DNA of 64,000 nucleotides from NCBI GenBank assembly GCA_965279035.1, contig OZ257142.1, positions 192,001-256,000 on the forward strand. The letters run 5' to 3'. Below the pieces are notes generated by a model. It had not been told where the DNA came from. It did not search any database and was given only the letters and a program-made list of their open reading frames with translations. Position 1 is the first letter of the stretch. Each line of letters opens with the position of its first letter. Shown in pieces: positions 31,611 to 41,470 of this stretch. Position numbers and translations under genes: made by a program. Source of the DNA: Bacteroidia bacterium. Its GTDB lineage: Bacteria; Bacteroidota; Bacteroidia; M30B66.

Positions 31611-34600
31611 TTAGTTGTTGTTTAGGTAATGAAGATGAATCATCACTGAATTAAGGTTGCTGATTACATTGAGGTAATCGTTTTGAATCGATATTGCCTG
31701 ATTGGTTAACATAACCCAATCGAGATAATTAATATCCCCATTTAAAAATTGACGGTTAGCCGTTTCAATTATCGTTTTAGCATTCGAAAGAGCCGTATTC
31801 TCATAATATTCAGCTGTCTTTGTAAAATTTTGAAAGCTTGTTAATGCTTCTTGAAACTCAGCTCCCAGCTTGTTCAGTTCTGAATTATACACGTTTTCTG
31901 CAATCAATTGATTAATCCCTGCAGCTTTAATTCGAGCTCTTTGTGATCCAGAAAACAAGGGAATTCCTAAACCAATTTGTCCCGATTGAAAACGTGTTGA
32001 ATAAGAATATGTGGTATTGTCTGAGCCTGTTCCAAGCATCGTCATATTACTATATCCCAATGATAATGAAGGGAGAAGCTTTGATTTTTCAAGTCTCCTA
32101 CTAGCAATGGATACCTGCTTTTGTTGATCAAGGATTTTCAAAGCAGGATGTTGAAGATTCATTGTTGAAGCTGAAAACGAATCTTTCATTTTAAAACCAA
32201 TGTCTTCAGGTACAAACTTCGAATTTGAATTCAGTAATAATTGAAATTCTAATAAAAGCAATCTTTCTTCTGTTTCAAGCTGATTCAATTGAATAGAAAT
32301 TTGTCCTCTTTGCATTTGGGCAGAAGTGATTTCTATTACATTGCTTTCTCCACTAGAAAATCGTTGCTGTGTTTTTTCAAAAAAGCCTAAGTATAAACTA
32401 TCAATTTTAAGAAGTAATTGCCGCTTTTCTTTCAGAAACAATAAACCATAATACGCTTGCCTAACAGCCCGTGTAATTTCAGCTTTCTTCAAGTCAATCT
32501 GAAGAATATATCCCTTAAAGTCTTCAGAATAAAGTGTTTTTTGACGAGAGTAAACCGTAGGAAAGCTAAAATTCTGAGCGAGCCCAAAACGATTATCATG
32601 ATATCGACTATTGATATTTCCATATTCTGCTCCAATGGATGTCTGAGGTATATCCCAAGCTGTATTTTTAAGTTGCTTATGATATTCTGCTAATAGAGTT
32701 TGGTTTTTAACCAGAAGATTGTTTTTCAAGGCTGTGTCGATTGCTGTTTGAAGCTTGATCGGTTGTTGAGCAATTGAAGCACTTCCGGAGAGAAATAAAA
32801 AAATAACAAGTCCAATTGTTGCACTGTTCTTTTTCACCTTTTGAGAGCCTGTTGTCTTCTCGAATAATATGTAAAGAATGGGCAAAACAAACAATGTTAA
32901 AAAGGTGGCGATCAATAACCCTCCAATGACAACTGTTGCTAAAGGACGTTGAACTTCTGCTCCAGCACCATTACTTAAAGCCATAGGAAGAAAACCAAGC
33001 GATGCAACAAAGGCTGTCATTAACACTGGGCGTAAACGAATTTTAGTTCCCATGAGTACAATTTTATTAAGGTCGGTCCAGCCTTCCGCTTTCAATCGAT
33101 TGAACTCTGCCACTAAGACAATCCCATTCAAAACGGCTACTCCAAACAAAGCAATAAATCCAACTCCCGCTGAAATACTAAATGGCATTCCCCTTAGGCT
33201 CAAGGCGAAAATTCCACCAATAGCCGAAAGTGGAATTGCAGAGTAAATGAGAAGTCCTTGACGGATTGAGTTGAAAGAAAAATAGAGTAGAATAAAAATT
33301 AATAATAAGGAAACAGGGACTGTAATACTTAATCGCGCTTTGGCTGCATTGAGGTTTTCAAATGCACCTCCATATGTTATTTGATATCCAGCAGGTAGTT
33401 TCAAGCCTTTCTTAACTTTTATTTGTAATTCATTAACGATTGTTTGAACATCTCTTCCTCGTGTGTTGAACCCAACTACGATTCGGCGTTTTGCATCTTC
33501 ACGTTGAATTTGATTGGGGCCTTCTTTCATCTCCACATTGGCTAATTGCGATAGCGGGACTTGTTGTCCACTAGGTGTTGGAATTAATAGATTCTTCACG
33601 TCTTCGATGTTTTCTCTTTGCTTACCATCTAAGCGCACAACGAGATTAAAACGTTTTTCACCTTCGTAAACAAAGCCTGTACTTTGCCCCGCTAGTCCTA
33701 TGTTTACCACTTTATTTATGTCTTCTATAGACAATCCAAATTGCGCAATAGCGGCTCGATTATAATCAATGACTATTTGTGTCATCCCTGTGACAGGTTC
33801 TACATAAATGCCTGTAGCACCTTCAACAGTTGAAGAAATTTCGCCCAGTTTTGTAGCGTAGTGGGCTAGGGTATCTATATTTTCACCAAATATTTTGCAT
33901 ACTACATCTTGTTTTGCACCTGTCATCAATTCATTAAAACGCATTTGAACAGGATATTGAAAGCTGACTGTTATTCCCGGAACTTCGGAGATTGCTTTGG
34001 TCATTTTTTCGGCTAATTCGTTAAATGTTGTTGCCGAAGTCCATTCACTTCTATCTTTAAGAATCACCATCATATCAGCGGCTTCCATTGGCATTGGGTC
34101 TGTCGGAATTTCTCCACTACCAATTTTAGTAACGACTTTTATTACTTCAGGAAAACGGTTTTTGAGAATCCCTGCTGCCTTTTGTGTGCTTTCGATGGTT
34201 GTTTTTAAATTACTTCCAGTAAGGACGCGGGTTTCCACAGCAAAATCGCCTTCTTCAAGCGCAGGAATAAATTCTCCACCCAAAGTTGACAACAGATAAA
34301 TTGAAAGAGCGAACATCACTAAAACAACAGAAATCAATGCCTTAGGAATTGCAAGTGCTCGATGAAGTGCATGTTGAAATTTCTTTTCGAAGAAAATCAT
34401 CATTCGATCTGAAAACGTCTTCTTATGTGAGCTGTTTTTACTCATCAAAAGCGAGGTAATCATGGGAACGTAAGTCAATGAAAGGATGAAAGCCCCAGTT
34501 AAAGCAAACACTACTGTTTGAGCCATTGGCTTAAACATTTTCCCTTCAATTCCCTGTAAGCTCAATATGGGTAGATAAACAACCAAGATGATGACTTGTC

Positions 34601-35963
34601 CAAATACAGCACTGTTCATCATTCTTCCAGTAGCCGATTTCACCTCGGTATTCATCTCTCCTTGTGTCAATCTCAACCCTTGCCCGAATCGTTTGCTATG
34701 TGTTAATTGGTGAAGTACTGCCTCAACGATGATTACCGCTCCGTCTACAATAAGCCCAAAATCCAAAGCACCAAAACTCATCAGATTGCCACTAACGCCG
34801 AACAAATTCATCATGATAACGGCAAACAACATGGCTAATGGAATAACAGAAGCGACGATAAATCCAGCCCTAAAATTTCCTAGAAAAAGGATTAAAACGA
34901 AAAGCACGATGAGAGCACCTTCCATCAAGTTCGTTTCGACAGTACCAATGGCATTGTTTACCATTTTAGTTCGGTCAAGGAAAGGTTCAATGACAACACC
35001 TTCGGGCAGTGTTTTTTGAATTTCGGCAACGCGGGCTTTCACATTTTCGATGACTTCATTGCTATTAGCCCCTTTGAGCATCATGACGATTGCCCCAGCT
35101 ACTTCGCCTTGATCGTTATAACACATAGCTCCATATCGAGTAGCACTACCAAAACGAACTTCTGCTATATCTCGAATTAATAATGGTGTTCCGTTCGAGG
35201 TGTTTTTAATGAATGTATTTTCAATGTCTTTGAGATTTTCAACTAAGCCTTCGCTCCGTATATATAATACCGTCGGTCCTTTTTCAATATAAGCACCTCC
35301 TGTATTTTGGTTGTTCTTTTCTAGAGCAATAAAGACTTCGTTAATTGTAATGTTGTTTGCTTTGAGTTTATTGGGTTCAACAGCTATTTCGTATTGCTTT
35401 AGATTACCTCCAAAGCTGCTCACTTCAGCAACTCCTTTCACTCTCAACAGATCACGCCGAACTACCCAGTCTTGAATGGTTCTTAAATCACTTGCGGAAT
35501 ATTTCTTTTCGAAACCCTTTTCAGGACGAATAACATATTGATAAATTTCCCCAAGTCCTGTTGTAACAGGTCCTAATGAAATAGAACCAATGCCTTGTGG
35601 AATTTCATCTTTCACTCCTTGAATTCTTTCTGCCACCTGTTGTCGAGCCCAATACACATCCACATTATCATTAAAAACGATGGTAACGAGTGAAAGTCCA
35701 AATCGAGAGAAACTCCGAATTTCATGGATACCAGAAATGTTGCTATTGGCTAATTCAATTGGGAAAGTGATAAGTCGTTCAATATCGGTTGCCCCCAATG
35801 ATGGAGCAACAGTAATAACTTGAACCTGATTGTTTGTGATATCAGGTACAGCATCAATTGGCAATCGTGTAAATTCATAACTGCCATAACCGATCAAAGC
35901 CAGAATAAATAAGGCGATGATTAATTTATTATTCACGGAAAATTCAATGATTCTATTGAGCAT
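31611..35963 (-). CDS. czcA: CusA/CzcA family heavy-metal RND transporter fused to a C-terminal TolC-like domain
   Basis: LPIDAVPDIT, GALDFGLIVDGAVIIVE, RLRPVLMTA and GAEVQRPLATVVIGG, followed by ~400 extra residues of OEP-like helical sequence. Confidence 0.93.
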   Translation of the reverse strand: MLNRIIEFSVNNKLIIALFILALIGYGSYEFTRLPIDAVPDITNNQVQVITVAPSLGATDIERLITFPIELANSNISGIHEIRSFSRFGLSLVTIVFNDNVDVYWARQQVAERIQGVKDEIPQGIGSISLGPVTTGLGEIYQYVIRPEKGFEKKYSASDLRTIQDWVVRRDLLRVKGVAEVSSFGGNLKQYEIAVEPNKLKANNITINEVFIALEKNNQNTGGAYIEKGPTVLYIRSEGLVENLKDIENTFIKNTSNGTPLLIRDIAEVRFGSATRYGAMCYNDQGEVAGAIVMMLKGANSNEVIENVKARVAEIQKTLPEGVVIEPFLDRTKMVNNAIGTVETNLMEGALIVLFVLILFLGNFRAGFIVASVIPLAMLFAVIMMNLFGVSGNLMSFGALDFGLIVDGAVIIVEAVLHQLTHSKRFGQGLRLTQGEMNTEVKSATGRMMNSAVFGQVIILVVYLPILSLQGIEGKMFKPMAQTVVFALTGAFILSLTYVPMITSLLMSKNSSHKKTFSDRMMIFFEKKFQHALHRALAIPKALISVVLVMFALSIYLLSTLGGEFIPALEEGDFAVETRVLTGSNLKTTIESTQKAAGILKNRFPEVIKVVTKIGSGEIPTDPMPMEAADMMVILKDRSEWTSATTFNELAEKMTKAISEVPGITVSFQYPVQMRFNELMTGAKQDVVCKIFGENIDTLAHYATKLGEISSTVEGATGIYVEPVTGMTQIVIDYNRAAIAQFGLSIEDINKVVNIGLAGQSTGFVYEGEKRFNLVVRLDGKQRENIEDVKNLLIPTPSGQQVPLSQLANVEMKEGPNQIQREDAKRRIVVGFNTRGRDVQTIVNELQIKVKKGLKLPAGYQITYGGAFENLNAAKARLSITVPVSLLLIFILLYFSFNSIRQGLLIYSAIPLSAIGGIFALSLRGMPFSISAGVGFIALFGVAVLNGIVLVAEFNRLKAEGWTDLNKIVLMGTKIRLRPVLMTAFVASLGFLPMALSNGAGAEVQRPLATVVIGGLLIATFLTLFVLPILYILFEKTTGSQKVKKNSATIGLVIFLFLSGSASIAQQPIKLQTAIDTALKNNLLVKNQTLLAEYHKQLKNTAWDIPQTSIGAEYGNINSRYHDNRFGLAQNFSFPTVYSRQKTLYSEDFKGYILQIDLKKAEITRAVRQAYYGLLFLKEKRQLLLKIDSLYLGFFEKTQQRFSSGESNVIEITSAQMQRGQISIQLNQLETEERLLLLEFQLLLNSNSKFVPEDIGFKMKDSFSASTMNLQHPALKILDQQKQVSIASRRLEKSKLLPSLSLGYSNMTMLGTGSDNTTYSYSTRFQSGQIGLGIPLFSGSQRARIKAAGINQLIAENVYNSELNKLGAEFQEALTSFQNFTKTAEYYENTALSNAKTIIETANRQFLNGDINYLDWVMLTNQAISIQNDYLNVISNLNSVMIHLHYLNNN

Positions 35964-36100
35964 TTTCTTGAAATAAACTTGTGATTGAAATAGAGATAAA
36001 TACTTCCATTAGAGCGCTCAAATCCATAGTTAGGATTGCGTTTTAAATGGGTATTCAATCAGTATTATAACTGAATTTGACGATCTAATCGCCTTTAATT

Positions 36101-36475
36101 TTATACCGCTTGGGGAGGTTGAAACACCGATGATGCGTGGTCTCTTGTTTCTTTTGGAATATGTAGAACAGGTCGTTCTGGGTAATGTGTAATGTGAATA
36201 AAAGTAAAATCAGTATAAATTAATTCTGCTGTATAAGCACAGGTATATGCGTGTTGAAAAGGTAACTTACAGTTATCTTCCTTACTGTGATCACTATTCG
36301 CTGAATAATGAAGAAATAGAAAATCGGCAATGCTTATTTTTTCTTGTGATCGACTTTCGTGATGATTGTAATGTTCAATCAAGTTAAGCACCTTGGGAAT
36401 TTCGTCCCAATCTGAGCCAGGCATAAGACTTCCTGCAAAAAAGTAAAGTGCTAAAAGAAATGCGATGGGTCTCAC
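36101..36475 (-). CDS. Small His-rich protein upstream of czcA (GTG start)
   Basis: N-terminal hydrophobic helix, LIEHYNHH, FLFLHY, KLPF and C-terminal VFQPP. Confidence 0.75.
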   Translation of the reverse strand: MRPIAFLLALYFFAGSLMPGSDWDEIPKVLNLIEHYNHHESRSQEKISIADFLFLHYSANSDHSKEDNCKLPFQHAYTCAYTAELIYTDFTFIHITHYPERPVLHIPKETRDHASSVFQPPQAV

Positions 36476-36642
36476 AGGACAAAAGTAGTGAATGACTCCT
36501 TGCTTTTCACATCATTATATTATTTAGAACATATCACAATAACTGCAATTGGTTGAAAATGATTTATTTAATTTTATTCTCCTCTGTGTAGATTGAATTT
36601 CAACCTAATTCTTTTGTATAAATGCTTTCGCTATATCAAGTA

Positions 36643-39084
36643 TTAAAACTTCAATTTAAGCATAACCAAAAAGTTTCTTCCTGCTTGTGGGTAATAGTAG
36701 TTGTAATCGTAACGTTGACCGCCCGATAATCCTGAATACGTATAGCCGTTCGGATTGTATTTCACTCCTAAGAGATTGTTGATCGAAACTGCGAATTCAA
36801 TTCCTGGAGCTTTGATAAATTCCGGCGTCCAATTGATGCGTATGGATTGAGTAGTAAATGCATTGAGTTTTCTTAAATCAGATTGGGTATTGTCGAGATA
36901 TTGTTTCCCAACGTATTTGCTGATTAATGAAATACGAAGTCTCTTTAATGGCTCATAGCTAATTGTTGAAGCGCCAACAACCGAAGGCGAAAACGAAATA
37001 TCCGTATTCCAATACTTGATGCTATCTTGAAGATAGGTATCGTAATTTTCGATATACTCGGTGAACTTGTTGATTTTATTTTGACTCAAAGCGAGGTTTG
37101 CTTGCCAAGTGATTTTACTTGTTAACTGCCAGCCAGCTTCTAACTCAATACCATTACGGAAGCTTTGTGGAATGTTGATGCGGTTGTATGCACCAACATC
37201 GTTAACGGCTCCAGTTAATACCAATTGATTCTTGTAATTCATGGAATAAAGGGTCAGACCAGCTTGGAACTTTTTGCTTTTAAAGCGGTATCCCAATTCG
37301 AAATCGGTGAGGTGTTCAGGAAGCGGTCTACTTAATGCGGATGAGTTTGTATAATCGTCGCGCACTGGCTCGCGGTTGCCTACTGAGACTGAGTAAAATA
37401 TACGATGTTCGTTATTGATATCCCAAGTTAAACCTGCTTTGGGATTAAAGAAATTGAGTCTTACTTCCTGCTGAACCGATTGAAGCTGAGAGTTAAATCC
37501 TAAAAACGAATAGTTGATTGTTCGGTATTGCAAATCCACAAAGAAGTCGAGCTGGGAGCTAATTTCGACATTAGCCTTAGTGTAAATATTGAAATCGGTT
37601 TTTCGCGCTGTGTCTTGGTAGTAGTGATAATTAATCGGGAATGCATTGGCATATGTTGCCCAAATCACTTCACCGTAATGTGTTCCATTGTATTGATTCC
37701 ATCCGCCACCAAAAATCATTCGGATGCGATTGCTTGGAATATAGGTAGCTGAGAAAACAGTTCCGTAAAAATGATTGTCGAGCCAACGGCGACGAATTAA
37801 ATTGGTAGTGTATACAGTATCTACCGGAACAATCAGCGTATCATTTCCTTGAATATGCTGCATTTGCCCAAGGTATTGATCGCTAACACCATAATTTGAA
37901 AACAATTGATCTTCTTTGAATTCTTCATAATACCCTTTTCCACGTGTATAATGAAGTGCTGCATTAATGAGTAATTTTTTAGACGCTTGATGATTGAAGA
38001 AAAACTGATAATGGTCTTGTTGGTAGTTATCGGTTTGATTGGTATAAAAAGTTTCTTTGCCATCGGCGCCAATATAGCTCCCGGCAGGATTGTAGGTTGG
38101 ATGTGTTTGCAAAGAATCTTGAGGAACTCCATACCAAGCTTGATAGGTCTTTTCCATCCCAGAAAATACATTGGCGCGAAGACTTGTTTTGCCTTTGTAC
38201 CAAGCAGCCGTCATGAAATAGGATTTTAAATCGGAAGCAGCGCGATCGATATAGCCATCACTGTTGATTTTAGATAATCGTAAGTCGAAAGTAAAACCAT
38301 TGATCATTCCCGTTCCTGCCTCAATGGTATTGCGCAATGTGTTAAAAGATCCAGCACTACTGGTAAGTGAAGCGTATGGATTTCCTTTGAATTCGTTGGT
38401 TTGCATATTCAAAGTAGCTCCAAAAGCACCTGCACCATTGGTTGAAGTTCCCACACCACGTTGCAATTGAACGCTGTTAACAGAAGAAGCAAAATCGGGC
38501 ATGTTCACCCAAAACAAACCATGCGATTCAGCATCATTCATTGGAATTCCATTCACCGTAACATTGGTGCGTGTTGGATCACTTCCGCGTACGCGAATTC
38601 CTGTATATCCAATGCCTGTTCCTGCATCCGAATTGACCACCACCGACGGTTGGTTGTTAAGCAGCATGGGCATATCTTGACCAAGATTTTGTTCAGCAAT
38701 TTCTTTTTTCGAAAGAGTGCTGAAAGCCATCGCCGATTTATCCCCCGCACGGGTAGCACTAATCACCACTTCATCGGCAATAAAAACCTTTCGTTGCAAG
38801 GTAAAATCGAGTGTTGTTGCTCCTTTGGGTGTAACGCGTTTGCTCGTACTTACATAGCCTAGCATGCTTACTTCAATCAGTATTTCTTTCTCAGAAAGTG
38901 CTTTTAACTGATACATTCCTTTGGCATTGGTCGATGTCGCAAAATAGGTTCCTGAAACATTGACAATCGCACCGGGAATAGGCTGTCCATCAGCATCACT
39001 AATTGTTCCGTTGATAGAATTTTGTGCAATGCTATCGAATGAATATCCGAGAAATAAAATCAATGAAAGTAAATACGTACGCAT
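36643..39084 (-). CDS. TonB-dependent receptor, probably for thiamine
   Basis: Signal peptide, N-terminal extension, plug (SDAGTGIGYTGIRVRG; QLQRGVGTSTNGAGAFG) and C-terminal F. Preceded by a TPP riboswitch. Confidence 0.92.
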   Translation of the reverse strand: MRTYLLSLILFLGYSFDSIAQNSINGTISDADGQPIPGAIVNVSGTYFATSTNAKGMYQLKALSEKEILIEVSMLGYVSTSKRVTPKGATTLDFTLQRKVFIADEVVISATRAGDKSAMAFSTLSKKEIAEQNLGQDMPMLLNNQPSVVVNSDAGTGIGYTGIRVRGSDPTRTNVTVNGIPMNDAESHGLFWVNMPDFASSVNSVQLQRGVGTSTNGAGAFGATLNMQTNEFKGNPYASLTSSAGSFNTLRNTIEAGTGMINGFTFDLRLSKINSDGYIDRAASDLKSYFMTAAWYKGKTSLRANVFSGMEKTYQAWYGVPQDSLQTHPTYNPAGSYIGADGKETFYTNQTDNYQQDHYQFFFNHQASKKLLINAALHYTRGKGYYEEFKEDQLFSNYGVSDQYLGQMQHIQGNDTLIVPVDTVYTTNLIRRRWLDNHFYGTVFSATYIPSNRIRMIFGGGWNQYNGTHYGEVIWATYANAFPINYHYYQDTARKTDFNIYTKANVEISSQLDFFVDLQYRTINYSFLGFNSQLQSVQQEVRLNFFNPKAGLTWDINNEHRIFYSVSVGNREPVRDDYTNSSALSRPLPEHLTDFELGYRFKSKKFQAGLTLYSMNYKNQLVLTGAVNDVGAYNRINIPQSFRNGIELEAGWQLTSKITWQANLALSQNKINKFTEYIENYDTYLQDSIKYWNTDISFSPSVVGASTISYEPLKRLRISLISKYVGKQYLDNTQSDLRKLNAFTTQSIRINWTPEFIKAPGIEFAVSINNLLGVKYNPNGYTYSGLSGGQRYDYNYYYPQAGRNFLVMLKLKF

Positions 39085-39157
39085 CGCTGTTGGTTTTTAA
39101 CGACTAACAACGGATCGCAGGGGTCGACGAATCCGACAAATTGTAAAACAATACCAG

Positions 39158-39256
39158 CCTCCCTACGCCGGCATTACCCGGATCAGGTTCGATCGCTCCA
39201 AAAGGCTAGAGCGAAAAGGGTATAATCTCAGCCACGTTTACACGCAGCACCCCTTG
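39158..39256 (-). ncRNA. TPP riboswitch
   Basis: Minus strand reads AGGGGUGC...GCUGAGAUUAUACCC...GAACCUGAUCCGGGUAAUGCCGGCGUAGGGA, matching the conserved TPP aptamer elements. Lies ~75 nt upstream of the receptor ATG. Confidence 0.95.
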
Positions 39257-39302
39257 AATTATGCAGCAAATCACGGAAAGCTTTCTGGATTTCGCAAGGA
39301 AA

Positions 39303-39824
39303 TTATTCAGCAGAATGATCAACAGATGCGTCATCTGCCAGTGATTTCAATGCTTTGCGGTTGATTTTGATGACTTTTTTTAGACGTTTATCCACCGATT
39401 TTTGTTTGGTTTTCATGCTTTTAAAAAAAGCGGCTTCGGTTGCAGCAAAAACAGGAGTTGCTTTTTCGATCAATTCCATTCCGCGAGGCGTGATGAGTAA
39501 TGAGCGAGAACGGGTATCCATGTGATGTGGTTTTCGCATGATGAGTTTATGCTCTTCGAGTGTTCGGAGAACTTTTGAAGCCATCATTTTATCACAATTG
39601 GCATGATTCGCAACCATCATTTGAGTGATTGCTGTATCGGATGTTTTATTTAAGGTGGCGAGAGAAGTCAAAAGAAGAAACTGAACATGAGTAAGTCCGA
39701 GTGGATCAAGACTTAATTTCATGTGTCTTTGCCACAGATTTGTAACCTGCCAAACCAGAAATCCTGTAGTATCCGAAGGATCTTCAAAAGCAAGTTCAAA
39801 ATTGGGAACGAGACGTTTCTTCAT
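39303..39824 (-). CDS. MarR family transcriptional regulator
   Basis: GFLVWQVTNLWQR, LTHVQFLLL and wing motif DTRSRSLLITPRG. Confidence 0.9.
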   Translation of the reverse strand: MKKRLVPNFELAFEDPSDTTGFLVWQVTNLWQRHMKLSLDPLGLTHVQFLLLTSLATLNKTSDTAITQMMVANHANCDKMMASKVLRTLEEHKLIMRKPHHMDTRSRSLLITPRGMELIEKATPVFAATEAAFFKSMKTKQKSVDKRLKKVIKINRKALKSLADDASVDHSAE

Positions 39825-39835
39825 GGTTTTGGTTT

Positions 39836-40168
39836 TCAGGAAATTTTCCAGCCATTTGGAACAGGCATTTGAGGTTGAATGAGCACAACATCGCCCTGTT
39901 CATCGGTAGCTCCCAAAACTAAGCAATCGGAGCGGAATCCAGCAATGCGTTTAGCTGGAAAATTAATGACTGCAATGATCTGCATGCCAATAAGATCAGA
40001 CTCAGTATAGCGACGAGTTAGTTGAGCACTACTTTGAAGTATCCCCATTTCCCCGAAATTTATCGTGAGTTGATAAGCGGGCTTGATGGCTTTTTCAAAG
40101 AATACGGCTTCGAGAATGGTTCCAACACGTATGTCGAGAGCTGTAAATTGATCGAATTGAGCTTCCAT
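39836..40168 (-). CDS. csaA: CsaA-like tRNA-binding protein/chaperone
   Basis: LDIRVGTI, SSAQLT and VINFPAKRIAGFRSDCLVLG. Confidence 0.9.
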   Translation of the reverse strand: MEAQFDQFTALDIRVGTILEAVFFEKAIKPAYQLTINFGEMGILQSSAQLTRRYTESDLIGMQIIAVINFPAKRIAGFRSDCLVLGATDEQGDVVLIQPQMPVPNGWKIS

Positions 40169-41470
40169 TTATTTTAGATCAGGACGAAGAAATACATTCC
40201 AATAGCGCTCGGCAGTCATTTCCTCCCAATGAATTTGATAGTAGCGGTATTGATAAATCTGTATTTGACAGATCAGAATACACATCACAACCAGTGTGCG
40301 ACTAGCGAATCGAATTGCCCTTGCATTTTGTTGAAGAAGCAAAGCCAAACCGATAGCAAAAAAGGGAAGGTATTCGACCAGAACGCGTGATGAAAAACTT
40401 CCTCCATACCACCAATTCCACCAAGATGAGAGCAAATAAATTAGTAGAAATCCCCAAGCTAAACCATAAACCAACTGAGGACGATTTTGCTTGGGCGTGA
40501 AATAATATCCCATCAATCCAACAAATAAAATGGGTGTATATAAGAAAGCTCCCTTCTTATAACTCACTAGAAATTCGATGAAATGTGGTTTCAGAAAATG
40601 AAACTCTTCGCCAGGATAGGAATCAAGAAAGAACTTTCCGGTTTGTATTTTCCACAAAATGGGCTGAATAGATAGAATTGCTGTAGCCAAAAGGATTGGA
40701 AGAAAAGCGTGTCCAGAATACAATGCTGATTTAATGCGAACAAACACATCGGAAAGAGAAGTTCCTAAAAGCGGAATGGCAAAGATTAGAAATCCATTTA
40801 CTGGACGAATGAGGATGATCATTCCCATGCAAATTGCAGCAAATAAAAGGTGTTTCATCATCGCATTGCGCAACCATGAATGCATAGAATTTAGAAAGCC
40901 GCAGGTAAAAGCAAAGGAGTAACTATGCGACATGCCCGGTTCCAAGATGCTGTAATAAAGCAGATTGGTTGCAAAGAGAGTTGCAAGCAAAGTCCAAGAA
41001 ATTTGAGCTTCGGAAAAGTGCATGTTGAGCAAAAGTCGACGCAGGAAAATCAATCCAGCAAGGGTGTAAAAAATGCCAGCGAGGTTGATGAATAATTGGT
41101 AATAGAATGAATATCCATCTTCAATTCCTCCAGAAATCTTGGTGATGAAATGAGCCATGAAAAAGAATGGCAGTTCTGCTAAGGCAGTTCCAACGAAATA
41201 CTTATTGCTATGAGTATGACCAATTTCAACACGATACACCGCACGATGACGAGGATCGGTTTGGGGATTTTCTATGCTTTCTTGAAAGTTGAACTGTAAA
41301 TCATGATGGATGAAAATGGCTGGTAGCCAAGCATAATAGCCTCTAGCATCGGAACGTAAAATGCCTTTCCAGTAATCCTTTGGCCAATTGATGTTTGATG
41401 AAACGAGCATTAAAATGCAGGTACTCAAAAGCAAAATCCATTGAGAAGAACTGAGTCGGCTTCTACGCAT
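40169..41470 (-). CDS. Polytopic membrane protein, possible GT-C-type glycosyltransferase
   Basis: About 10-11 hydrophobic segments, an extracytoplasmic loop with SDARGYYAWLP, and ILIRPVN and WWYGGSFSSR. Function is inferred. Confidence 0.6.
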   Translation of the reverse strand: MRRSRLSSSQWILLLSTCILMLVSSNINWPKDYWKGILRSDARGYYAWLPAIFIHHDLQFNFQESIENPQTDPRHRAVYRVEIGHTHSNKYFVGTALAELPFFFMAHFITKISGGIEDGYSFYYQLFINLAGIFYTLAGLIFLRRLLLNMHFSEAQISWTLLATLFATNLLYYSILEPGMSHSYSFAFTCGFLNSMHSWLRNAMMKHLLFAAICMGMIILIRPVNGFLIFAIPLLGTSLSDVFVRIKSALYSGHAFLPILLATAILSIQPILWKIQTGKFFLDSYPGEEFHFLKPHFIEFLVSYKKGAFLYTPILFVGLMGYYFTPKQNRPQLVYGLAWGFLLIYLLSSWWNWWYGGSFSSRVLVEYLPFFAIGLALLLQQNARAIRFASRTLVVMCILICQIQIYQYRYYQIHWEEMTAERYWNVFLRPDLK

